Positions 10,205-19,650 of a DNA stretch of 64,000 nucleotides are shown in pieces (the stretch's first letter is position 1; each line of letters opens with the position of its first letter). The notes under the pieces were generated by a model. It saw only the letters and a list, made by a program, of their open reading frames with translations, made no database searches and had not been told where the DNA came from. Position numbers and translations under genes: made by a program. The stretch is from an uncultured Candidatus Saccharibacteria bacterium (lineage in GTDB: Bacteria > Patescibacteriota > Minisyncoccia > Phycocordibacterales > UBA9973). The stretch spans positions 84,196 to 148,195 of the forward strand of contig CAYYSG010000001.1 in assembly GCA_964474375.1 (NCBI GenBank), in the 5' to 3' direction.

Positions 10205-10534
10205 ATGATAAAAAATGCTTTTTTATTTTGGGTTCTTCTTGGATTACTTACTGTTACTAGTACAGCTATTGCTGCTACAAATTACAGGTCTTATTTTAAA
10301 CCAGCTGGTGGAACTATTGGTACTGTATCGGGTATTACTTGTGGTTCTGGTACCATATTCACAACTTCTTTACGACCAGGATATTTTTGGGTTTCAACTA
10401 GTGGGCGTGTTTCTGCTGGTAAAAAAATATTAGGTATTTCTAAAACTACAAATGAATCAGTTTGTTATACCGATGGTGAAAACCCTACACCAGTTAGTGT
10501 AAATGTTGTATCGCCTTATGGAGTTTCAAGATAA
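10205..10534 (+). CDS. Hypothetical small secreted Gly/Thr/Ser-rich protein with two Cys (109 aa)
   Basis: Sec-type signal peptide with AxA site (TSTAIA|ATNYRSY); start 8 nt after rsmA stop. Confidence 0.5.
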   Translation: MIKNAFLFWVLLGLLTVTSTAIAATNYRSYFKPAGGTIGTVSGITCGSGTIFTTSLRPGYFWVSTSGRVSAGKKILGISKTTNESVCYTDGENPTPVSVNVVSPYGVSR

Positions 10535-10539
10535 TTAAT

Positions 10540-11463
10540 ATGTATTTAAATAGCTATCTTCCAAGTAAAGAATTCCAAAAAAGACTATTAGCCATAACTC
10601 TAATAGTTTTGTCTGTTTTAGCTATTTATGCAGTAGTTAAACTAATCGGCCGAGGTATTGATTCATACAAAGTTCGCAAACAAATTCGCCAGTTGCCAGC
10701 GGAACTTCGTGACCAAGCCGACACATTAACTGTAGGCGAGCTCCAAACAAAAGATTCTAATAATAACGGCATCTATGACTGGGAAGAAAGACTCTATGGT
10801 CTTGACCCACTAGCTGATGGTGCCAATAACAAAAACCTCGTTACAGAAAAAAGAAATTCACTAAAGGATTCAAGTAGTGAATATTTAGCTAGCGCTTCTG
10901 TTGGTGAGACCAATGATTTTACTCGTGAATTTTTGAGTCTAGTTACATCTCTTAGCGTATCAGGGGCACTAAATGACGAAGCCGTAAACAACGTAGCTTC
11001 TGCTATTGGTGGCAAATTAATCAGTAACGACCAACCGGAAATTTACCCGCGTAGTGATTTTATAGTTGTTCGCGACACCGAAGTTACCCGCAAAGAATAC
11101 CAAAGACTCTCAGAACTAGCCATAAATAAACTCTCTACTTTACCAATGCTTGGCTACGAAATGGAATTTCTTTCCGAAAGTATTCGCGGTAGCGACCCGT
11201 CACTACTAAGCCCGCTCGACAATATATCCAGTACTTACAAATCATTTTCTGGAGCTTTACTTAAAATCCCCGTACCTGAAAATTTACTCCAAGCGCACAA
11301 AGCTCTGGTTAATAGTTCCGAATATGTTGGTCGCTCGTTACTAATGGTTCAAATGATCAACACCGACCCAATGGTAGCTCTTCAAGGCATCGCAATGTAT
11401 AACACACATTTTATTATTATGAATGCATCGCTCGACGAGCTTGCGGCTGGTCTTAATCTGTAA
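10540..11463 (+). CDS. Hypothetical N-terminally membrane-anchored protein (307 aa)
   Basis: Single N-terminal hydrophobic helix LLAITLIVLSVLAIYAVVKLI; abuts previous gene (6 nt gap). Confidence 0.5.
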   Translation: MYLNSYLPSKEFQKRLLAITLIVLSVLAIYAVVKLIGRGIDSYKVRKQIRQLPAELRDQADTLTVGELQTKDSNNNGIYDWEERLYGLDPLADGANNKNLVTEKRNSLKDSSSEYLASASVGETNDFTREFLSLVTSLSVSGALNDEAVNNVASAIGGKLISNDQPEIYPRSDFIVVRDTEVTRKEYQRLSELAINKLSTLPMLGYEMEFLSESIRGSDPSLLSPLDNISSTYKSFSGALLKIPVPENLLQAHKALVNSSEYVGRSLLMVQMINTDPMVALQGIAMYNTHFIIMNASLDELAAGLNL

Positions 11464-11475
11464 GATACTATATAT

Positions 11476-14400
11476 ATGTATTTCTTAAAAAAGAATCGCT
11501 ATAAAACAATATCAAAAGTTCTACTGTTTGCTCTTGTATTAGAACCTGTTTTACTACTTGGGTTATTTCGTCCAGCACTAGCTCAAACTAACGCTAGTAA
11601 TTCTCAATCATTTAACCAAGCATTTAGTTCATATGATGGTATTTCTCAGTGGGGGAATCTTGATGTTATAAACAACCCAGCTATTGGGTCGGCACTCCGC
11701 TCATGTTTACAAGTCGTACCTAGTTTTACTCGTAAAATCAAACGTGTTTTTGGTAGTGGTAGCTCGGCTACTACTTCGGCAACTATTGGTAACTCTGTTC
11801 GCTCGGGTCAATTTGATTTGTGTGAAGTTCTAAATGAAGACAAATGGGGTTATGGTTCAGCTATGGGTGATGATGGGCGCTATGGTGGTTACGTTTCTCC
11901 AGAAGCCCAGCAGGCTTGTGAGGAGCAACAGGACAAGAATAGTGGACTGGCTGACAAAATGAAACAAACACAATCTAGTAGCGCAGAAAATGTTCCAGTA
12001 GAAGACAAAATTGCTATAGATAAGCTTGATCAAATAACCAAAGACCAGAAAGAAGTATTAAGTGAACTAAATAAAGTTAACACTGAAGCTCAAAAAACTA
12101 ACAAAACTCTAGACGAGGTCAAAGTTCGTGAAGAATGTATGGACAGTATAGCGTACTCCATGACTAAGACTTTATTGGCCGGTGTTACTGAAGGTACAGT
12201 GAATTTAATCAACGAAGGTAATTTCGGTGACCCATTTTTTATAAAAGATACAAAAAAATATTTCGAAGACATTGATTCTCTTTCTTTGAAGCAAGTATTT
12301 GGGCCACTTGTGGATTCATTGGATGCAGTAAACAGAGCACAATATCCATTCCTGCGTTCAACTTATACAAATTTAGTTAACCAAAATGTGCCAGCACCTT
12401 TTCGTGATCGTGCACGGTTTACACTTGACCAGGTCTTGTCTGGTCAGCCTTATAACCAAGCAACCGACCCAGCTTTTGCTAATGGTACCACCCGGTCAGG
12501 AGAAGGTTCGCTTTTGAATGCATTTCGTAATGAATTCTCTGTTGGGGGATGGCAGGGGTGGTTGGCTTTAACTCAAGCTCCACAAAACAACCCAATTGGT
12601 TTTGCTATTTTATCTCAAGAAGAGTTAACTAAAAACCAAACCATTGCCAAAGAACAAGCCAAAAGTGAGCTTGAACAAAGTGGAGGCTTTCTTTCTATGA
12701 AGCGTTGTATTGAAGAATACGTTCCCGTAACTCTTAATTCAGAAGGTAAAGTAGTCGGCGGTTATACTATAACTCGTGGTGTCAAAGCTGGCCCAAGCGA
12801 CCCAAATTGTAAAAAGTCTGAAGTAACTACTCCGGGTGTAGTTTTGGCATCAAGGCTAGACGCTGTTATTTCGTCCGATGTACGTCAGCTTGAACTAGCG
12901 GACAGATTCAATGAATCTTTAAATTTAATTTTTACTTCAGCTTTTAATAAACTAACTGCCGAAGGACTATCTGCTTTGTCTAGTAAAACTTATGGTTCTT
13001 GGGCTAGTCAAACTCGACCACAGTCATTCATACAGCGTTACAATAGTACTTTGAACCAAGTAGGCGGAGCTAATGCTAATAATAATCGTGATATTGAAAT
13101 TATTTATCGACGTTCGCAGTCTAGTTTTTCAACTTATGATTTTGACATTACTACTGATTTGTTCGACCAACAAGTCGGATGTCAAATGATTCCAGGCGTG
13201 TTAACTAACGAAAAGAATTATCTTTTGGAACTGGAAAGGTCAAACAATACTCGTCAAAGCCCACTCTATAAACTAATGCCGGCTATGGCGGAACTTGATT
13301 TCTGTGTACCAGGACCAACAACTAACTGGGAAGATCTAGCTGACGAAAAATATGCTGATGTTGTACAGGGTATATCTACAAATGGAATTGGATTTGATGC
13401 TTTCTCTACATCTTCATATGACGAAGTAGTCAAAAAGCAAATTGAAGAAATAAAGAAAAGTGCAGAACTTCGTAATCTTGGTTATAAAGCAACACAAACA
13501 ACCGTAATGGCAGCTGGTACATATTTTGCTGCCGTCACTTATGGTATATCAGCAGCTGTTGCTGGTATTATTACCGGGGTAATTGAGCTTATTAAAAAAA
13601 GAGACTCTAATAAAACAGAAGAACAAATTAGAAACTTAGAAGATGCAGAAGGCCTTTTAAGGGAAGCAATACCATATGCATTTGAAAGAGAAGGCTTTGA
13701 ATGGGCAACACTCCAACTTGAATACTTAAAAGATGATTATACTAAATACAAAGAAGCCGTGTATGACAAATTTAGTGATGACAATAACATTCCGGTAGCT
13801 AAAATTGCTCGCCCTTTTATTCAAGATTTGTCTATTTATGGTGAAAATCTACTATCTATTCAAGATAGTTATAACCAAGAGATTAAACAAACAAAAGAAC
13901 GCATCAAGGAACTGCAGTCTATATATGATGCTGTTAAAATAATAAAAGACAATGCTGCTGCTCGTTATACAGGCGACCAGCTACCTAAAGAATGTCGCCC
14001 AGCTGCTAACCAGTGTCCTAACACTGTACGTATTGGTAATTATTTGGTAACTGCTGACCCTACTGGCTATCCACCAATAGGTAACAGTAGTGCCTATACT
14101 GCAGACCCTGTAAAATTAGCTACGGCTATGGGTACTACATCAGGAACTAATAATACTAATTATAATCCTAATACCGGATATTCTGCGGGTAACCAGTATT
14201 CAACTGCTTCTACTAGTGGAGTATCAGGTAGTGGAATAAATGGATTCAAATTCGGTGACCCAAGCGCAAAAATTTTGAACTTTAGTGGAATTCCGGGTAC
14301 TGGTAATACGTATTTTATATCATTTGGTATTGAAACAAATTCCGACACTTTGTCTCTATTACTAGAATCACCTTTGGCGAATGGTCAGAATCAAGTTTAC

Positions 14401-14541
14401 GGGACATCAAGTATCTCTGGCATTGTGGGGTCTGCGGCTGTTGGTCAAAAAATAATCTTAACTGCTTATAACCCCAATGCTAAAAAAGTCGAATATAGTT
14501 GTACTGTAAAAAAATCTGGATCTAGATTAATTTGTGAATAA
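11476..14541 (+). CDS. Hypothetical large secreted protein (1021 aa) with one internal TM helix
   Basis: Signal peptide ...LLLGLFRPALAQ; hydrophobic segment TVMAAGTYFAAVTYGISAAVAGIITGVIELI; no recognised family. Confidence 0.55.
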   Translation: MYFLKKNRYKTISKVLLFALVLEPVLLLGLFRPALAQTNASNSQSFNQAFSSYDGISQWGNLDVINNPAIGSALRSCLQVVPSFTRKIKRVFGSGSSATTSATIGNSVRSGQFDLCEVLNEDKWGYGSAMGDDGRYGGYVSPEAQQACEEQQDKNSGLADKMKQTQSSSAENVPVEDKIAIDKLDQITKDQKEVLSELNKVNTEAQKTNKTLDEVKVREECMDSIAYSMTKTLLAGVTEGTVNLINEGNFGDPFFIKDTKKYFEDIDSLSLKQVFGPLVDSLDAVNRAQYPFLRSTYTNLVNQNVPAPFRDRARFTLDQVLSGQPYNQATDPAFANGTTRSGEGSLLNAFRNEFSVGGWQGWLALTQAPQNNPIGFAILSQEELTKNQTIAKEQAKSELEQSGGFLSMKRCIEEYVPVTLNSEGKVVGGYTITRGVKAGPSDPNCKKSEVTTPGVVLASRLDAVISSDVRQLELADRFNESLNLIFTSAFNKLTAEGLSALSSKTYGSWASQTRPQSFIQRYNSTLNQVGGANANNNRDIEIIYRRSQSSFSTYDFDITTDLFDQQVGCQMIPGVLTNEKNYLLELERSNNTRQSPLYKLMPAMAELDFCVPGPTTNWEDLADEKYADVVQGISTNGIGFDAFSTSSYDEVVKKQIEEIKKSAELRNLGYKATQTTVMAAGTYFAAVTYGISAAVAGIITGVIELIKKRDSNKTEEQIRNLEDAEGLLREAIPYAFEREGFEWATLQLEYLKDDYTKYKEAVYDKFSDDNNIPVAKIARPFIQDLSIYGENLLSIQDSYNQEIKQTKERIKELQSIYDAVKIIKDNAAARYTGDQLPKECRPAANQCPNTVRIGNYLVTADPTGYPPIGNSSAYTADPVKLATAMGTTSGTNNTNYNPNTGYSAGNQYSTASTSGVSGSGINGFKFGDPSAKILNFSGIPGTGNTYFISFGIETNSDTLSLLLESPLANGQNQVYGTSSISGIVGSAAVGQKIILTAYNPNAKKVEYSCTVKKSGSRLICE

Positions 14542-14544
14542 TAT

Positions 14545-15897
14545 ATGAAAAAATTTAAACTCACTCCTAAAATAATTCTTATAATAGTTCTTGGACTTAT
14601 TACAATAGCTGGTATATATTTTTACTTCACAAGTTCAGCCAACCGTAGTTCCAGAGTTGACGGTACTGGTGACCAAGGATTCTTTTCTTTCTTCGGTGAA
14701 AGAAAAATCAAACCACTAGACGATACTACAGTACCAGGAGTTAATACTGGAACAGACGGCGGGGATACTGGTACAACAATACCAACTGATACTGCTGGCG
14801 GTGGTGGATCAGGTACCGCTACTGGTGCGGTAGGGGGTTCGGGTTCTATATCTTTGCGTCCTATTGGGTCTAATATTGGTAGTGGTGGTTCTGGGTCTAC
14901 TGGTACTACTGGTGCAGGTTCCAGTACAGCAGGAGGTAATACCGGAGGCGCTAATACAGGAGGAACCAGTACTGCTGGTGGTACTACTACAGGTGGGGGT
15001 ACTGTGATTCCGCAAGTTGATTGTACTCCGCTCCAACTGCCGTATACTGATGCGGAAATAGCTGAACTAAAAGAACTAACCCAAAGATTCTACAGAATTG
15101 CTGCGAATTTACATACTGATGTAGATGTTGAAAACGAAAGACTAACTCGTAAATCCTATTTTGATTTATATAACCAAACAAATAAATATACCGAACAATG
15201 TTACGCTGAACTCAAAGATCCAAAGTATACCAACAAGTCTAAAAACTCTAGTGCTGAATGGCATCCATATTTGACTGAAACAGTTCTGAAAAGAATCGCA
15301 ACCTATGATCCTCGCGTACAGTTTGTAATTAGTAACGAAGAGGCACGTTTAAATCAGCAAATAGTTTTAGCGGGTCAGAAAATATCCCGCATAAATACAC
15401 AAATAGCCTTTATTGATTCTCTTGGCTCTAGTGCTAATGATGCCCAAAAGAATCTAAGATCAGTCTTGGTTGGGGATTTGCAAACAGAAACAAATAATCT
15501 AAACAAATACAAATCTGATCTAACTACATTTAAATCAACCAGCAGTGGTATTTCTAAAGGAATAGTCGGGACATTCTTCACTGAAGATAAATACAAATTA
15601 CTAAATTTGCGTGTTCCAAGACAAAACAAAAATGCGCGTATTGATAAAATATGGCTTTATGCTGGTACTTATATAAAAGATTCTGGTCGATCAACTAACA
15701 CAACTAATGATTTGTTTACCCCAGGATCAAGCCTATTCAATGTGAATCCTTTAAAATCATTAATACTTGATCAATGGGATGACTCGTTAAATGATGCTCC
15801 AAGGTATGACCCTGGTACGCCTCCAGCAAATGCTAATTTGCCACAAAGCTATATGCACATATTCCGCATGGTGGAAGACGGGCTCCGTATCTGGTAA
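14545..15897 (+). CDS. Hypothetical N-terminally anchored protein with long Gly/Thr/Ser low-complexity linker (450 aa)
   Basis: TM IILIIVLGLITIAGIYFYF then GT-rich region (GTGDQ...TGGGTVIP) then globular C-domain; start 4 nt after previous stop. Confidence 0.5.
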   Translation: MKKFKLTPKIILIIVLGLITIAGIYFYFTSSANRSSRVDGTGDQGFFSFFGERKIKPLDDTTVPGVNTGTDGGDTGTTIPTDTAGGGGSGTATGAVGGSGSISLRPIGSNIGSGGSGSTGTTGAGSSTAGGNTGGANTGGTSTAGGTTTGGGTVIPQVDCTPLQLPYTDAEIAELKELTQRFYRIAANLHTDVDVENERLTRKSYFDLYNQTNKYTEQCYAELKDPKYTNKSKNSSAEWHPYLTETVLKRIATYDPRVQFVISNEEARLNQQIVLAGQKISRINTQIAFIDSLGSSANDAQKNLRSVLVGDLQTETNNLNKYKSDLTTFKSTSSGISKGIVGTFFTEDKYKLLNLRVPRQNKNARIDKIWLYAGTYIKDSGRSTNTTNDLFTPGSSLFNVNPLKSLILDQWDDSLNDAPRYDPGTPPANANLPQSYMHIFRMVEDGLRIW

Positions 15898-15917
15898 AAC
15901 ACAATAATTTTTTCGCC

Positions 15918-15944
15918 AAAGCCCCGCTATGTATAGCGGGGCTT
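15918..15944. terminator. Stem-loop after operon (weak terminator, no clean T-tract)
   Basis: aaagccccgcta-tgta-tagcggggctt perfect hairpin. Confidence 0.35.
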
Positions 15945-15979
15945 GCGAATTGTCAAAAATATGCTATTATAGCAAGCAT

Positions 15980-16360
15980 ATGAACACAGGAAATATTGCT
16001 CTCTCTCCAGTAGATTTAGAGTCTCGAAAAAAGCTTAATTTTGATTCAGGTGACACTGTTCGTGTCTGGACTAAAATTGTTGAAAAAGGCAAAACACGTT
16101 TGCAAGCTTTTGAAGGCCTAGTTCTAGCTCGTAAACACGGTACTTCACAAAGTGCTAGTTTTACAGTACGTAAAGTTTCTAACTCTGTAGGAGTAGAACG
16201 TATTTTTCCACTATACTCACCATTGATTGACTCTATCGAAGTAGTTAAGAAAACTCGTACTCGTAAGAGTAAGCTATACTACATCCGTGAAAAAGCAGTT
16301 AAAGATGTACGTAAACGTCTTAAAAGACCAAAATTGGAAACTGCTGAAGTTTCAGAATAA
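15980..16360 (+). CDS. rplS: 50S ribosomal protein L19
   Basis: Start set at MNTGNIAL (ORF track start 15929 lies inside the upstream hairpin); L19-like ...TVRVWTKIVEKGKTRLQAFEGLVLARKHG...VRKVS.GVGVERIFPL.SPLI. Confidence 0.8.
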   Translation: MNTGNIALSPVDLESRKKLNFDSGDTVRVWTKIVEKGKTRLQAFEGLVLARKHGTSQSASFTVRKVSNSVGVERIFPLYSPLIDSIEVVKKTRTRKSKLYYIREKAVKDVRKRLKRPKLETAEVSE

Positions 16361-16361
16361 T

Positions 16362-16390
16362 AAAAACCCCGACATTGTCGGGGTTTTTAT
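16362..16390 (+). terminator. Intrinsic terminator after rplS
   Basis: aaaaaccccgac-attg-tcggggttttt. Confidence 0.7.
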
Positions 16391-16396
16391 ATTGTG

Positions 16397-16480
16397 TGCG
16401 CGGGAGAGGACTTGAACCTCCAATCCGTTTCCAGAGCTACCACCTCAAGGTAGTGCGTCTACCAGTTTCGCCACCCGCGC
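16397..16480 (-). tRNA. tRNA-Leu (anticodon GAG), type II with long variable arm
   Basis: RC reads GCGCGGG-TG-GCG..CGC-A-CTACC-TTGAGGT-GGTAG-long variable arm-GGAGG-TTCAAGT-CCTCT-CCCGCGC-A; 7-bp acceptor, anticodon loop uuGAGgu. Confidence 0.8.
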
Positions 16481-16520
16481 ATAATTTTTACATTGTCTTA
16501 AAATTCATATTTTATCAATC

Positions 16521-16576
16521 ATTCACTACCTGGGTAGTGCGTGCTGTTTCTATATGAGTTTCGCCACCCGCGCATA
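16521..16576 (-). pseudogene. Degenerate partial copy of the 5' half of the adjacent tRNA-Leu (pseudo-tRNA fragment)
   Basis: Shares acceptor 5' strand plus D-stem start (GCGCGGGTGGCGAAACT) and anticodon stem (CACTACC..GGTAGTG) with the tRNA at 16397-16480; lacks anticodon loop, variable arm and T-arm. Confidence 0.45.
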
Positions 16577-16664
16577 AAAACAATTATACATTTTAAGTCT
16601 TATTTTACAACTGATTTGACTTATTGGGTTTAAGGGCGTATTTTGTTTATAAATAACATTAATC

Positions 16665-17390
16665 ATGAAACTTAAAAATCTACTCATTATTCTTCTGGTC
16701 TTTATTGACCCGAATGAATCACTGGCTATTTATAAGCCAATCTACAGTCATTTCGGTTATCCGACTGAAACTTTCATAACCCCCACATTTAGTACTATTC
16801 CAGCTAAGAATTTGCGGAACGACTTTTCCTTGAATACGTCTACAATACTGAACGATAACAAGAATTTTGGAGTTTTATTGTCAGCTGACGTTTATAACCG
16901 GTCTTTTATCAGACCTGATTATAAAATGGTAGGCATAGTACCCACGAAGTCGTTTGTGGAGAATCGTTTAGCATTGTGCTGGTTAAAGAAAATATCTGAC
17001 GGGGAATACTTTTATGTCGGCCCCAGCGTTCGTACTATAGAAGTTAGTACGGGTTCATATATGAAACCCAATTACGAGCAGTTCCTACCTGTTTCTAAAA
17101 GTCATCACAACATGGGATTCTTGATAGGGTATAGCAGGATAGTCAAAGAAAAATTAGCTATTGCTAGCACTGTTGGAATGTTTGGGTCTAAATATAATAC
17201 TTTTATGTATAATCTAGACTTGAATTATGTAGTAGCTGATCATCTGGCTCTTACTATAGGTTCAGCTGATGGTGATGTACACGGCGGGATTATTTTGATT
17301 AACAATTGGGGACGTATTGGATACAAAGGAACATTTGTTAATGATGAAATGTTCCACGCGGTATCTTTAGGTCTTGCTCTTAACTATTAA
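16665..17390 (+). CDS. Hypothetical secreted protein with alternating beta-strand-like pattern and C-terminal aromatic residue
   Basis: Signal peptide MKLKNLLIILLVFIDPNESLA; amphipathic alternating stretches; C-terminus ...SLGLALNY. Confidence 0.5.
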   Translation: MKLKNLLIILLVFIDPNESLAIYKPIYSHFGYPTETFITPTFSTIPAKNLRNDFSLNTSTILNDNKNFGVLLSADVYNRSFIRPDYKMVGIVPTKSFVENRLALCWLKKISDGEYFYVGPSVRTIEVSTGSYMKPNYEQFLPVSKSHHNMGFLIGYSRIVKEKLAIASTVGMFGSKYNTFMYNLDLNYVVADHLALTIGSADGDVHGGIILINNWGRIGYKGTFVNDEMFHAVSLGLALNY

Positions 17391-17400
17391 TTTTTTACAA

Positions 17401-17452
17401 AAGCAAAACATATACACACATTATTTGTGTTAGCTATATGTTTTGCTTTTTT
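17401..17452 (+). terminator. Long hairpin terminator
   Basis: aagcaaaacatata...tatatgttttgctt 14-bp stem followed by ttttttatttt. Confidence 0.6.
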
Positions 17453-17472
17453 ATTTTGTTATAATGTTTGTA

Positions 17473-18648
17473 ATGATAACACAGCAAGTCGTAACATATA
17501 TTAAAGACCAACTAGCACGTGGTACTGATAGAACAAAAATCCGTACTAATCTTATTTCTGCTGGCTGGGTAGAATCTGATATTAACCAAGCTTTTTCTTT
17601 TGCGGAACCAGCAGGGCAATCAGCTGCTGTAAAAATAGCTCCGGCTTTTGCTATTGAGGAAGAAATGAAGCCTAAAATCCCAGTTGATAAAACCGAAATA
17701 AATCTGGACCCTGTTATGCCAGTTTTACAAAAAGATTCTGAAAAGAAAGAGCCTTCTAATCTTTCGGCTTTTGCTTATGGGGAACCAGCTCAAATGCCAG
17801 TCCAAAATACTCCGAAAGAACCAGCTCTTAAACAACAAGCTCCTGAAGCTAGTAACGATATTGTTATGCCTACACTGCAGACCCAGCCAGAAGTAGCTTC
17901 ACCTAAAATCGAAGCATCTTTAAACAATATAGTTAAAACCCCTCTTTCGACTTCGCCTATGTTGAGTTCTATTCCAGCATCTAGTCCAATCAAAAATACT
18001 ATTGAAACCGATGTGGTTCGCAACTTTGAATCAGCATCTGGTCCGGCTATGAATAGTGTAGTTAAAAAATCAGGTAGTCCAGTCCTAAAAGTAATCGCAT
18101 TTTTGCTGTTTTTAGTTTTGATATTAGGTAATGCTTATATGTGGTTCGTGGTTTGGCCAGGGATGCAAGTTGTTAATATGGATACTTCTAATAACAGTAT
18201 GAATAACTCAATGCAGTCTGAACGTACAGCAAACACCGAAATAGAAAATGTTGTAGCTACTGCTGAAACTAGTAACCAAATCGTAATGAATCCTGTGTCT
18301 AACGAATTAGCAATACCGGCATCTAGCTTGTTATCATCAGCAGCAAATTATTTTACACAGTTTAATTCATATGGTTCCGTTAATATGTCGCTTGGGTCTT
18401 GTGCTGTTAGTGGTACAGTGTTTAGTAATATGGATGTTAAAAAATCTATCGAAGACATGTCCCGTATTACAGGCCGAGTTCCTCAGTGTGCATTGTCTAC
18501 GGATGCATCTAGTACTGTAGCTAACCGTACTACTAATTATTTAGTTTATATCCCAATGGAAGACGGCGGGTATTGCGTAGACAGTACTGGTGCTAGTCTG
18601 ATGGTTTCTAAAAGCCCAACCGGCACAAGTTGCGCAACAGGGCTATAA
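17473..18648 (+). CDS. Hypothetical membrane protein (single central TM), Pro/Ser/Ala-rich
   Basis: ORF track start is TTG 17443 inside the terminator; first plausible ATG 17473 (MITQQVVTYIKDQL); TM VIAFLLFLVLILGNAYMWFVVW. Confidence 0.5.
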   Translation: MITQQVVTYIKDQLARGTDRTKIRTNLISAGWVESDINQAFSFAEPAGQSAAVKIAPAFAIEEEMKPKIPVDKTEINLDPVMPVLQKDSEKKEPSNLSAFAYGEPAQMPVQNTPKEPALKQQAPEASNDIVMPTLQTQPEVASPKIEASLNNIVKTPLSTSPMLSSIPASSPIKNTIETDVVRNFESASGPAMNSVVKKSGSPVLKVIAFLLFLVLILGNAYMWFVVWPGMQVVNMDTSNNSMNNSMQSERTANTEIENVVATAETSNQIVMNPVSNELAIPASSLLSSAANYFTQFNSYGSVNMSLGSCAVSGTVFSNMDVKKSIEDMSRITGRVPQCALSTDASSTVANRTTNYLVYIPMEDGGYCVDSTGASLMVSKSPTGTSCATGL

Positions 18649-18674
18649 AAAAATCCCCGAAAGGGGATTTTTAA
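18649..18674 (+). terminator. Intrinsic terminator (GNRA-loop hairpin)
   Basis: aaatcccc-gaaa-ggggattttt. Confidence 0.7.
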
Positions 18675-18737
18675 ATTAAGCTATTATTTGAATTTATTAT
18701 AAATTGTGTTATATTCCATATACGCAAAAGCGTGTAT

Positions 18738-18810
18738 GGGGGTTATGGTGTAACGGTTAACACTGAGGTTTGTGGAACCTTCAATCTGGGTTCGATTCCC
18801 AGTAGCCCCC
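18738..18810 (+). tRNA. tRNA-His (anticodon GUG) with genomically encoded G-1
   Basis: G-1 + GGGGTTA acceptor pairing TAGCCCC, discriminator C, D-stem GTGT/ACAC, anticodon stem GAGGT/ACCTT with loop ttGTGga, T-arm CTGGG-TTCGATT-CCCAG. Confidence 0.8.
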
Positions 18811-18813
18811 CCC

Positions 18814-18851
18814 AAAAAAAACAAAAATCCCTGAAAAGGGATTTTTGTTTT
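18814..18851 (+). terminator. Intrinsic terminator after tRNA-His (12-bp stem, GAAA loop)
   Basis: acaaaaatccct-gaaa-agggatttttgt then tttt. Confidence 0.7.
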
Positions 18852-18934
18852 GGTGAATAAAAAAGAAAACCTCCTGTAATTGATCAAAGTTTTTGACTTT
18901 TTTGTGAAAATATGTTTTTATAAAAGAAAAAATA

Positions 18935-19606
18935 ATGAAACAAATAGCTTTACAATATCAACAGTATTATGTTGGTCAAGAAAATTATTATCACAATTTC
19001 AACCATGCTCTATGGGTTGTAGATAAAGGTTTGGAAATACTAGATTCAAGTAATTTACCAGATTATCTAAAACTCATATATGTACATGCTATGGCGTGTC
19101 ATGACGCTGGTCATTTAAATGGATTGCAGAAAAGTGATAGGGAAAACGTAGACAAAGCCCTAAAGATATTTAGCAGGCATTCAAAAGAAGACATAGGTCT
19201 AAATTTACCAAAAGTAGCAATTGCGGGATTGATAATAGATTCTACTTGTGTACCTTATAAGTCAGCTGATCGGTTAATGGCTGAATATAATATTAAGAAT
19301 AGACATGTTAAATCTCTCATAGATTTAGCCAGAGATGTTGACCATCTTGGTATTATAGGAATTGAGGATGCTAATCAACGAATGCGAGCTTTAGTTGGGT
19401 TTATGCGTGAGAATCTCAGGTCTACAAGTAAAGAAAATTTACTTAATAGCTACGAATCTCATACTAGAAAATTTTTCCAATCACTACCTAATTTTTTTAG
19501 TACTACCTATGCTAAAGAATGGGCTCATTCCAATCTTTCAAGAATGGAAGAATGGCAGCTTGAAATGACCCCAGAAGCTATAAAAATAGCATCTATTAAT
19601 ATTTGA
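18935..19606 (+). CDS. HD-domain phosphohydrolase-like protein
   Basis: H..H ... HD pattern: NFNHALWVV and HAMACHDAGH. Confidence 0.5.
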   Translation: MKQIALQYQQYYVGQENYYHNFNHALWVVDKGLEILDSSNLPDYLKLIYVHAMACHDAGHLNGLQKSDRENVDKALKIFSRHSKEDIGLNLPKVAIAGLIIDSTCVPYKSADRLMAEYNIKNRHVKSLIDLARDVDHLGIIGIEDANQRMRALVGFMRENLRSTSKENLLNSYESHTRKFFQSLPNFFSTTYAKEWAHSNLSRMEEWQLEMTPEAIKIASINI

Positions 19607-19621
19607 TCATAAAAACTTTTT

Positions 19622-19650
19622 AAATGGCTGCTTGATAGTAGCCATTTTTA
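19622..19650 (+). terminator. Intrinsic terminator
   Basis: aatggct-loop-agccattttt. Confidence 0.55.

Noticed and set aside
16375-16557. 60-aa ORF (and minus ORF 18684-18887) overlapping tRNA genes
   Set aside because: The sequence folds into canonical tRNA-Leu and tRNA-His cloverleafs; ORFs are incidental.
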